The position numbers and the translations under genes are program-made. A DNA stretch of 64,000 bases from Hyphochytrium catenoides (Eukaryota > Protista > Hyphochytriomycota): assembly GCA_900088475.1 (NCBI GenBank), contig FLMG01001375.1, forward strand, positions 1,527-65,526, read 5' to 3'. The notes beneath the pieces are model-generated. The model was given only the letters and a program-made list of their open reading frames with translations. It did no database searches and was not told the DNA's origin. Position 1 is the first letter of the stretch; each line of letters opens with the position of its first letter. This document shows, piece after piece, positions 25,336 to 36,598 of the stretch.

Positions 25336-25971
25336 AATGCGAACTCTCAAACACGTCCGAACAAAGTCACAAGCTCTCGGGACTGCAGGATACCCCAGAT
25401 GTAACCTTTTACCGGTTTAATCGAAGGCGAAGATCAGTCATCTGCATCAAGAGGGTTAACGGTTGAAGTGACTCTTAGATCGTGGGTATCTTTGCACCCT
25501 GGCGCGAACATGCTCCCACTCAAGGTGGAGTCTGCAGGTGCCTCAAGTGGAGATGGCGAAGGGAAGCGCAAGGATAGCGAACAACTACACTCACTTACTC
25601 CACAGTGACGGAAACTCTCGTAAAAGTTGAGGGTGTGGATGACGAATGACTGAGATTTCGATGGGAAGGCCCGACCAAGTAAAATATACGTGTCACTTTA
25701 ATGTGTCTTCTCAAAGCGTCCTCTTGCAGTGGCTGGTTGTCCACTCTGGTTCGCGAACTCATGTCACTCCTCGCTACTAAATAGGAGCAATGGAGATAGG
25801 GACTAGACAGAGTATGCCATGAGAGGTCTTTAGCTACTAGAGCTTGTATGGCTTAAAAGAACTGGGTCCTTAAGTGCCGGTGGGCGATCTGAATAAGAGC
25901 AAAGCTCGCAGAAAAAGAGACGAAGGTGGGCAACGACTGGAGTACGTTGAGGGTTTCACAATCCCTCTCTC

Positions 25972-27763
25972 CTACTTCCCACCCACATCCGCAGCGTCAG
26001 CAGGTGTCTTTGTTTCGGTGGCTCTCCACATCAGCCAGCTACCAAGCGAACGGTAAGGCTTCCATGAAGAGGATAAAGAAACCATTTCCGCGGCGTCCGG
26101 AAGAGAAGAAAGAGAGTAGAAGATCTTCATCCCGCGCTTGACGCCAAGATCTCCAACAGGAAGAATATCTAGCCGTCCCAAGTGGAAGAGCAAGAACATG
26201 TCCACACTGCACATGAAAATTAAAAGCATGGCGCTTAGAGTAATATATACGCTAAGACTGACAGAAAGCGAAAAGGTCCTACCACTCCCATGAGAAGAGA
26301 GCGATGCAGCAGCAACACATAAAATGGCGGCGGGAAACAGGAGAGGAATATCTGCAACAACCGTTCCATCTTTCCCAGCAGGCAACCAGGTAAAAATCGA
26401 CACACCTCCATGGGCCAATGCCCCTGACTTTGATCAGATTATCGGCGATGTCTTCGTTGTTCATTGTCTTCAGTTTCTTCTCATCCAAAGTCCTAATACG
26501 AGTGAGAGCTTTCAGTTTTCCAACGTCGAACGAGACCTAACAGAACAACCACTCGTATGACGGACACTGGGCGGCTCGAAGGCTTATGAAAAAGGTTCAG
26601 AGACAATATCATAGCCAGACAGAGGATCCTACCCATCAGCAAACTTTTCGGAGAGGTCGATGATGGACCGTGCCTTCGCCATTGACAATCCTAGAGTCCG
26701 TAACTCCTCTGGAGTCTTTTTTATCACCTAACCACCACCCAGCGCAATAAGCAAGAGCATAATCCAGCTGGCAAAGAAGTAAGGAAAGGAAGAACCAACT
26801 GCCAAAATAAAGAAGAAGAGGACCACTATAATATATGACTGTGTGGTTTAGGTTAGGAATGGCGCAGAAGGTAGAGGTGAAGCGAGGAAACTCGTGGCTA
26901 CGACCCTACTTGCTGTGGAGTAGGATAACCGGTAGATCCAAAGTGCTTTAGAAAGCGCTGCAGTATTGCAAAGGCTGCAGAACCAGCAAGCTGCTGGTAG
27001 ACTATCGCTCTCACAAGTGCTTCATATGCAGAGAGGTTCGCCGTAGTTTGGGCGTTCACAACAAACGGGGGAAGTCCATGCTTGTCCAGTAAAGGACCAA
27101 AGCCAGCCTTCCGCTTCAGAGAGAGTAGAGCAAACATTAGGGGATGCTACGGAATGGGTGATGGTCGATGTAAAACGGACCAGAAGAGATAGAGGAAATG
27201 GAACTCATGGGGGGAATGCAGACCGACAAAGGAATTGCTTGCTTCAAAGTTCTTCTTACCAGTTGCTCTTGCGCTTTTTCAGCATGAGTGGCGTCCCAGG
27301 ACTCTCCATTGTCTTGGCCCCGCGTATCTAGTACAGCCACGGTCTTCTTGACTTTCCTCTTTACCTGCTTCTTGACGGTCTTCTTCACCTTTCCCGATTC
27401 TCTCTTTTCCTCTTCTTCAACTTTAATTACTTCTTCTACCTCCCTCGTGATGAACTTGCGCCGTCCACGAGGAGTTTTCTCCTTCTTATCGTTTGTTACC
27501 TCTTCCTCTTCTTTGACTTTCCTGATCGCCAATGTCTGCGCTTGTATGCGCGTTGACCTGCGTCTGCCTTCTACTACCTGTAGGCCATGCTCTACTTCTG
27601 CTACATTCTTATCACTCGTTGACTCCAAAGCCTGTACTTCCTTTCTTCTTTTTCTTGGGGGCTCTAACGCCGTACTAGAGAGGGCTAGGCTGGTCCCGTG
27701 CTGAAGGGACGGAGAAGTCGCTAGTGTAGGTGAAGAACTTCGAGGACGTGTTGAAATGACCAT
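25972..27763 (-). CDS. DNA-3-methyladenine glycosylase, AlkA/Mag1 type (HhH-GPD), with basic N-terminal extension
   Basis: Motifs AYEALVRAIVYQQLAGSAA, LRTLGLSMAKARSI, HhH [33 protein letters not shown] and WKPYRSLGSWLMW. Confidence 0.92.
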
Positions 27764-28436
27764 TGGAACTCTTTCCTCAAACTGCCACAATTGATGCCTC
27801 TAAAGCCGGCATCAGCAAGAGTTAGAGGTAGATAAGATTATTGAGATTAGCAAGAGCAGTCTACTCTGTCACGTACCCAAAGATTGGCTCTGTTAAAGTG
27901 CCTTAATGCAAGCCGCTGAGCCCTGTGTGAGAGCCAGAGGGTCATTATTACAAGATAGTGAGAAACTTTGCTTCGACCGCAGCATCAAGCAGTCTCTGAA
28001 ATATTTGTGAGGCAAAAAGATACTGGAGACACACCTAAGATAGAAGCTGTCCTCCAGATTCTTGTCTGCTTTGACCCTTCTGAGCTTGGGAGTGCAACTA
28101 CTGTCGCTCTAGTTGTCCTTCACTAGCCTTCTACCTGCTTGTATATCTCCCCACGTAGCCTGCCAGCTTGTCATTTTGGCTCATTTTCATGCTCTGTCGG
28201 CCCTTCTTGCACCCATAAGCACTGTTCTCTGCAATATCTTGAAGGCCGAACACGGATCAGAACCCTCATGATCATGCCCTTTCGGAGGGAAGATGATGGC
28301 GCCCCTGTTCGCGCCACACCAGACGGCAATTCAGTAATCAAAAACTAATAACTTGTTGGTGATTAATATGAACATGATCTATATCTAGCGGTCAGCGGCT
28401 CTTCTTCACTCGCTAGCAGACCAACACTCTCTAAGA

Positions 28437-29150
28437 TTCTCATGATGGAACCTCTAATTCTACGGCCATTGGCAGGACACAGGACACAGACCGACTGATC
28501 TCCAGCTTGATCTCCCGACTGAGATGAGAGTTCAGCAGCTGACAATAATGCACTTTCGATCTCTGTGTCATCCTGTCAGTCATCCACTTTCCCTTTGCAG
28601 GTACTTGCGGACTGCTGCCCTGACGGCTTAGACTAAGGAAACGATGAGGCTATCAGAACCAGAGTTCCGAGTGGCCTCGATCAGAGCCAGCATTCAGGAA
28701 TGGATAGACAAACTCGATGGCGAAGTTCCTGGTGGCATGACTGTTCGTTCATGAGAGGCATCTTCCTGAAGAGAAGCCGGCCTCAGAAGCGACGAGCAGA
28801 GGGGCAGCCTTGAGGGGCTGCCTTGAGAAACTACTCCTCAGGAAAATGCCTCTTATGAACGAACAGCCATGCCAGGAACTTCACCATGGAGTATATTCAT
28901 TTCTTGGAGAAGCGAGCAACTGTGTTGGCTCTGATTGAATTGGAACTCTGGTTCTGATAGGCCCATCGCTCTCTTAGTCTAAGCCGTCAGGGCAGCGATC
29001 CGAAAGTAAAGGGAAAGTGATGAAAGACAGAATAACACAGAGATCGAACGTGGAACCCCATAGTTATTATTGCCAGCTGCTGAACTCTCTGTTGTCTGGA
29101 AATTAGGGGTCTGTGTCCTGACAATGGCCGTAGAACTTCCATCATGAGAA
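28437..29150. repeat. Long imperfect inverted repeat (foldback), ~710 bp
   Basis: Perfect arm pairs 28614-28637/28973-28996 (24 bp) and 28650-28668/28942-28960 (19 bp), with further matching blocks out to 28437/29150. Apex hairpin GGCAGCC...GGCTGCC at 28803-28822. Confidence 0.92.
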
Positions 29151-29585
29151 ATTTGGAGGAGAGCATTTGCTGCAGGGAGTGGTCTGAGCTCTATCTGGGA
29201 ACAAGGGTGAGCCGCACAAATTGGAAGGGAAAGCAATGCTTTTCTGAGTCTGATTTAGTCGCTGCAGCGTCGGGAAGTTGCTACGGCGTTGTATGCTGTT
29301 GAGCACTCAGTGTCTTAAGGGGCCAAACGGGTAGGCAAATCTTCAACGTGTAATCTTGATACTCTTAATGGGCCAAACCCAGTCGTGATTTTTGGTACTC
29401 CTTTGTGAAAACTTTGTCTCAATCGCTATCTACAGAGGTGGTGCCTGTTGAGCCAGCGCTCGTGAAGAATCGAGAGGTGGGAAATGGATCTCCCAGGAGG
29501 TGATAATCGGGTAGGGTTCATAGATTGTACATTAATACGCAGGCGGAGACTACGAATAGCAGAGTGAGCTCCGACTTCGTATGGC

Positions 29586-31316
29586 CTAGCTTGGAGTCCA
29601 TAGGGAAGAACTCCCATCAAGTCTACTTTCTACTAGCTTGCGCCACGACCTGTGCAGCTCAGTCACCACTTCCCGGGCCTGGAGCTGGTGGGCAAAAACG
29701 GCCGCATTATTGGCGACAGACCATCTGGAAACTTGCATCGTGTCTCATTCAACTCACCGCTTCAATAGCTTTGCCATTAAAGGCGAACTGGTTCGCAGGC
29801 TTCCCGTCTGGGATCTTATAGTCTCGGAACCAGTCGTGGATCGCCTTCACCTTCCCAGGACAGTGCCTTTCCAGATCTGATACGTCTGATTGTTGTCGTT
29901 GAAGATATTGTAAAAGCCCCGAGAGAAAGGTTAAAGATGGATTCAAGCGACAGGCAGGAAGAAAAACATGAGTAAACCTTGAAGCTTCGCAGCTAGAGGA
30001 TCATCCATTCCAATGGCAAGAAGCTTCCAATCCGTTTCTCCGTCATCTATCAGTGCCAGAGCGCCCAGAAGTTTAACCTAATGGCCACGTCATTAGCTCC
30101 CGTTAGCTCACCCTTCACTTATGTCGGCCTACGTGTCGTGACCACCTCCGATTCGGGTCTGTGCCTGCCCTAGCAAAGGGAGAACTAAGATAGGTGGGCT
30201 TCTCTTACCTGGTAGACCTCTCCTACGTGCCGAATTTGGTCTCCTATCTCACATACATCAACCGGGTCATTATCCCCTATTAAGGAATAGGGTTGGTCAG
30301 TGATCCTCAAACAACTCCCAGTACACAGATGTTTGTCCACACAAACCTTTGCATCCCGTGGCTTTGTCCACTTCCTCCGGGTCTTCCCACGTCTGAGGCA
30401 AACAGCCGTAGTTGACTATAGACTTAATGGGATAATATCTAATAAGGAAAATATAATCCAGAAAGCAAGGAGTTATTGAGAGAAGAGTCAATGGTCCTCA
30501 GTTGCGACCGATGGCGCTTGTTAAGGATAACTAGCGATCGCTGAGAAAAGTGGTAGAAAGGATAGGTGTCCCAAGACTGAAGTCTCTTACCTTAGCTTGC
30601 CGGCCTTGGTGTCCTGCTTTATGGGGTTGAACTCTTCTGTTGTTGCCACCTCATATTTTGCGGTGCCCCTACCGTGGCAAAACGGATAGATGGACTCTTA
30701 GCTGGCACTCTACTCCGCCCAGTTTTGCTGAAGCAATTCTTTTCAGATCTCTCCACTTGCCTTCAGATAAACCTACCCAGTTCCCCCTAGGACTGCACTC
30801 CCGTCCTCCTCCTAAGAGCTCTTTTCCTACGCAGTCCAGATACCTTATCTCTGGTAGGCTGGCATTGCTTACGGACTTACCCTCTAGGTATCTCGTTAAC
30901 ATAGTTAAAAACAAGGCTTTTTCTTATGTCATCTCGGCAAAGGGGAATGTGATGCCAGGGAGAAATTTTGTTTCCTTTGCTATCATGAAAGAACACTCGG
31001 AAGCTTGTCTCGCCCTCTCTGCCTACCGTCTTGCTCTTTAGCTATGGTTAAGAACCCACTTAGACGACAACAAAGAAGGAAGTCCAGCATCAGTGAAGGA
31101 GAGCTAGCCGGCTACGGGCCAACAGGAAGAACTAGATCAGCACGGAGAGCGAGACACGTAACCAAAGCAGACTCACAATTTGCGCTGATCCTGCACGTTG
31201 GAGGAAGTGCAACACTGGTTAGGCCCCTTGTCGAATGGGAAGTGAGACGGGTTCTTACCACTGAGACCACGGACTCTAGCCAGAGGGAGCTCGCGTAATC
31301 GCTTTGTGAGTGTCAT
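29586..31316 (-). CDS. Family I soluble inorganic pyrophosphatase, probably organellar (mitochondrial-like presequence)
   Basis: Motifs [58 protein letters not shown] and [14 protein letters not shown] across many small exons. N-terminus [19 protein letters not shown] is Arg-rich. Confidence 0.93.
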
Positions 31317-32083
31317 GCTATATCTACGAAGGATAACAGAGCCAGCTATGGAAGCGGCCCTTATGCTACATCGACACTGAGACAATGTCTACCAGCTTCT
31401 TCTACAAACCATGAGACTCTGACTGAGATGATTAGGGGACGGCGCAGATGGACGAAGATGACGATAAGAATTGTTGTCAAGAGCGCCGCACCTGCAGAAA
31501 CTTATTACCGCCACAGTAGGACAAGTCCACGCCATCTTTCTGGTATTCAAAGCCTCAGCCATCAGCCATCATCGTTTATCAGGAATATATTCACTCCAGA
31601 ATGAGCCCATGACAAATAGCTTTACAAGTAATTCGGCATACATACTCTATGTGAAGATGCAAGTACCACCAAATTTTGAACTCAACCAAGTACGACTTGG
31701 ATCCTCATCGACACCAGACAGAGATCAGGACTAGATATTTGGATATTCACAGAAAGCTCTTAGTCTCAGATGAGATAGAGTAAACGGAGAGGCACACTGA
31801 ATGAGATTTTGCCAGACGTGCTCTTGCCTTCGCAGTCAGGGCCGACGAGATGAGAAGTGCTTTGGAGCTTATTACTCATAGCTCATAGCAGTGAAGCAGC
31901 AGCGCGCAGTCTCTATCATCGCTGCAGCTACCTCGCATCCAGCTTCATTAAGATATTATCTACCCCATTAATGCTGCATATACGGCGTTGATTTTGCAAG
32001 AAGGGAGAGCCAAACCTTGCAGCTAGAGTTCACGGCAGGGGGAAGGGGAATAGATCGCGTGGCAGATAGTAGTCAAAGTAGCC

Positions 32084-34277
32084 ATGGACGATAGGACCAC
32101 TGTCTCCACTGTAGTCGTGGCAATCGTCCTACTGGTCTCCATTCTTTCGCTGACGTACGAGGCACCTAGAGGAGGAAGAGTTGTCCAGACTAAAGCCGAT
32201 GGGAAGCACAATCTTTGCGTCGTAGGCGGCGGTATAGGCGGAGCTTCGACCGCTTTCTTTCTCAGAGAAGCCTTTCCTGACTCCAACATTATTCTGTTCG
32301 AGAAAACCGGAAGACTCGGTGGACGCCTTTCCTCCTTCTCTTACAACGGAACTGTGGTAGAGGCAGGGGGATCTATCATACATGACAGAAATCGCTACAT
32401 GCGGTTGTTCTCGACTGCCCTAAACAAAGAAGATGCCAACTTAGAAAGAAGAAGCTGGGGCATCTACAACGGGAAAGAGTTTGTTATCCGCACGGCCAAG
32501 TGGCAGATTGTAACGTTCTTCCGCATGTTCTGGCGCTATGGCCTAGACTTAATGTCTCTTTCCTCCGAGGTGAGCAAGCTCCTTTCGAGCTTTGATCGGA
32601 TCTATGACTTTCTGGATGCTGGGAAGGCGTATGAGAGCCCGATCGAGCTCTTTAAGGCTGTTGGTAAGAGCTGATTAGGGTGATCAGAGGATAGGGTTCT
32701 TACGATGAGGAAACAGGAACCAATAGCAAAGGTGGCCGTGAACTAGGATCAGCCTAGCGAGAAGGGGATGGAGTTGCGTAGTGGGAGATAGAGGTAATGC
32801 TCTTGTGGCGGTGTTCTGGGCATGAAGGAAATATGACCTGACTGCTATTGAGGCAAAAAAATGTGAAGCACCAAAGGAGAATGGTGAACAAAAGAAGAAC
32901 CGGGAAGGCGCGATTAGCAGACTAGATTGTAACGGTTAACATCCCTGTTTCCTTCTGGCGTTGCAGATCTCTATAACCTCACCCAGCAACGTTTGGAGGA
33001 CTATCTTAATGCTAGGATCTCCACCCGGCCTACCTTCCATGACGAGATTTCTCACGCCATCAACAAGGTGAACTATGGACAAACATTCAATATTAATGCT
33101 CTGGCAGGGATGGTTAGCCTATCAACCACTTCCGCGAAGCTATGGGCAGTTGAGGGAGGTCAACAGAAGGTAAGCCTGTCGTGATGTCAACAAAGTAGCT
33201 AGACTGCAGCCACCAAGACAGAATACGGAAGGGATGAGAAAAAGCTCTTTGTGAGGTCTGGTTGTAGGCACAGCGTCCTAGATATCCGTGCTCTAATAAG
33301 TGAGGGATGAACTGTTATATGAAGGTAGATAGAGTTTAAAGGAGAAACATGCATAGCGCTGTAACCGAAGTACTGACTCTTTTTCCAGCTCGTGGCAGAC
33401 CTAATAGAGAAGGCACGGGCCGAAGTGCATCTTAACAATCCAGCCACAAGCATCACCAAGGGCGCGGCTGGGCAGTGGCTGCTAACAGCCAAAGACCGCA
33501 CAAAGGCCGTCTGCTCGACGGTTACTATTGCCGCCCCACTCGAGTCAGCCGACCTTCAGCTTCCCTCAAGCATTCAGGAAAAGATCAACAGCTTCCCTCG
33601 TACTTCTTACTGGACCACACATACTACGTTTGTTCAGGGTACGGTGAACTCAGCCTTTTTTGTTCCTGAGGGGAAGAAGGCACCCCAGCAGGTGTTCACC
33701 ATGGACTACAACGGAGTATTTTTCACCTCTGTGTCACTGCAATCAGGTAAATTGGTCTGTTCTTGCAAAACTATTATGTGAGGTGGAAGATGCCTTCCTG
33801 CTGGCCGAGTCTCGTTAGTGGTCAAGACTGCTGCCTCTCCATGTCTGTCTCGCTATCCCTCCCAGCTATTTCGGGACTGACTTCGACCACGCAGCATGTC
33901 ACTGGTATTCCACTGAGCCCGTTTGCCCCGTCATGTTCATGTTCCTCTCTGCAGGCACCAGAGATTTGTATAAGGTCTTCTCCAGGGAGGCACTCACTCA
34001 AGCGCAGCTGGAACTTCTCTTTGAACCAGGTTTCTCGGTTGTATCCAAATATCCGTGGAAGGCTTACCCCGAGTTCCAACCTCCTGAGGTGTTCAAACCC
34101 TTTATCCTAGATCCTGGTCTTTTCTATGTCAACGCGATAGAGCTAGGAGCTAGCGCCATGGAAGTCAGCGCGATAGGTGGCAGAAACGCAGCCAACCTGG
34201 TGAAGCAGCACTTACAGCCATCACCTGCTGCTTCGGGGCAGGAGACGGACAAGGCAGAGACACACTCAGAATTATGA
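32084..34277 (+). CDS. PCYOX1: Prenylcysteine oxidase/lyase (PCYOX1-like), 4 exons
   Basis: N-terminal signal/TM segment, FAD motif VVGGGIGG, GRLGGR, VEAGGSIIHDRNRYM, VNYGQ, LWAVEGG, WKAYP, YVNAIELGASAMEVSAIGGRNAANL, and C-terminal HSEL. Confidence 0.92.
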
Positions 34278-35589
34278 GCACTCATTGGCTTGGCTAGTCT
34301 CAAGGCTATCTTTCTCTCTGCGGGCTCTGGACATTGCTCGCACGTTGGCCATGGTCACGGCTCGCTGCTTTAGGAAGGGCCAAATCTTGATATCTACCAA
34401 TGCCTCAGGAGTCCGATGAGCTAGCAAAAGCTCATTACACAGCCGGGCCATTCCAGGAATAAAGATATCACACTCAATCTTCTCTTCCCCTGTATCTAAG
34501 AATAAAATAGAAGTCCAGCAACAGTAACCCTCGTAGCTAGTTCGAAAGCTCAACCTTTCTGGCTGTCTCTCCAGAGCCTGTGCCTGGGAACTCCGACCTG
34601 CTGCTCTATCGACGTGGATTCGACTCGTAGCCGTTGCTGGCCTTTCGTAGATTACGTTATAGAAACGTCGATTGAGCATGTTGCTTCCTGCTACACCCTC
34701 AGCAAGGGATTCTGTCATTAGCTCTTCTGCCTTCATATATTGACTCCAGGCTTCCAACCGGCTGGCGTGACCTTTGTCTTGTCTGCTCCAGAAAGAATAA
34801 AGGCGGTGAACTCTCAGTCTACTCTCAAGGGATCCTCACTCTCTTACGTCTGATTATAGCTCCATGATGCCCTTCGTGGGCCTAGCAGCCGTCTGGCAAA
34901 TTCCCGAATGACTCTCTCATTCTCCCGAATCGCTTGCTGGTTTCTCTCTTGACGCTGGAGAGACGTCGTCACCTCAGCTAGATTGAGGAAAATGTCTTCG
35001 TGACAAAAGGCACCCACCTGACTAAAAACTGCAATTGCTTTCCTGATTAACGCTTCGTAGCGGCGCCGATGAACCGGATTGAGAATCTGATTCAGCAGTT
35101 ACCGTTAGAAGTCTAGAGGGTAAGCTTCATCTGGGCTTTAGACTGCCATTCTCTACCCTGCTTACCTCATGGCTCGTGCCACTTTGTTCAAGCTGCGCAC
35201 CCAACTCAGCTATAATCGACTCCTCGTTGGACTCCCATATCTGCGATTTAGCCTCTGTTGTCCTCTTGTGCCCCAGCTCCCGCTCCAACAACAGTTGCGA
35301 TTGCTCTACATGCAGCTACTCGGCAAAGTCAGGAAGGTGAGGCTTTGCTGAGGGAAGCGAAGCGCTAGTTTACCTCATCCAGTCTGACTTCTGCCTGCAC
35401 AACTTCCTTCTTGAGCTTATCAAGAGCCTGATCGCATTGCTTTAGGCTTTCCTGCACGCCCGATAGAAGCCCATGCACTGGCCCAACTTGCTCCAAGGCC
35501 TCGTTGTTAGGTGTGGCTTGGTCTATTGCATGCAGAGCAATAAGCAGATCCCGCTCTATCTTTGTAAGAGCCTCCAGACAGTCCGCCAT
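34272..35589 (-). CDS. Uncharacterised coiled-coil protein with C-terminal globular domain, multi-exon
   Basis: Exons MADCLEALTKIER...VRLDE|LHVEQSQLLLERE...SHE|... and a terminal 161-codon open frame, with canonical splice sites. Confidence 0.6.
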
Positions 35590-36598
35590 AGCCCAAGTGT
35601 TGTTCCTTCGCCTTCTTCAGCAACAGATTATCACAGCTGTGACTCGTTAGAATCGTAATTGGCAGGCTTTGGCCCTTGGCGACAGCTCAAGGATGAAAAC
35701 TCCATCAGAATGACCATGTCACCGCGATAGCGTGCTAGGAGAACTTCCCACCATCAAGAATGTCCCCTAAAAGCATTGCCAAATGTGGAATAGCACCAAG
35801 AAGCTACTCAAGGTACCGTGTTAAGACTATCTGCCTCCTCATGGATGGGCCCAGACGATCATTGAAGAACTATTGGAAAAGAAAGCTCCATCATCATTTC
35901 ATCAATCTTCATCCTTCCCCCCAAATCCCAATAACCCATTGTTGATTATATCGATTTATACCAGTAGTTAACAGCAAGGGGGCGCTTTCTTTCACTGAGT
36001 GAAAGCTGTTCCTGATATCGGAAGCGATATCAGACTCCTTGCGAAACAGAACCGCTGAATACGGCTTATTAGGAATCCAATTGCAATGCGGGTCCCAGTT
36101 ACAGCAGTACAACCGCAAGATGAAAACGACAGTCTCCAGAGTTCCCCCTGGAGTCTCAGAGAACAGCATTTCTCTTCCCCGGCTGCGGAGATCTGAGTCT
36201 TCTCTGAGTCTCCATACCATCTGGAGCTACGTATCGTCTGTCAGGGTCAATGCCATTCCTATCTCAACGAGAGCTCAATGCGATGGGTTCGCAAAGACTG
36301 CATTGAGGGCGCCCATCTTAAGTTCAGGTGACGAAAGATCTCAAAAGCAATCTGCCTCCTGCCCGATTCTTGCAGAAAAGGTTGCGTCGCCCGCTGGTTG
36401 GAAGGAGAGGTAGAGCCACTGCTGACGATGCACCTAGGCGGCCAGCTGGAAGCTGGGCCTGTTAGTGAGCTCCTACTATATTTGGCCTAAGGCAAAAGTA
36501 AACGTGAGAAGGAATCAACGGGTACATCGGGTACAGATAAATAAGTGTCCAGGGCCAGGACGGGGCTTGGACTTTGCTAGCTTCAAGTCAAATCTAAA

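Noticed and set aside
36150-36213. 14-bp stem hairpin (GGAGTCTCAGAGAA/TTCTCTGAGTCTCC)
   Set aside because: Short and isolated, with no ncRNA hallmarks; compatible with chance.
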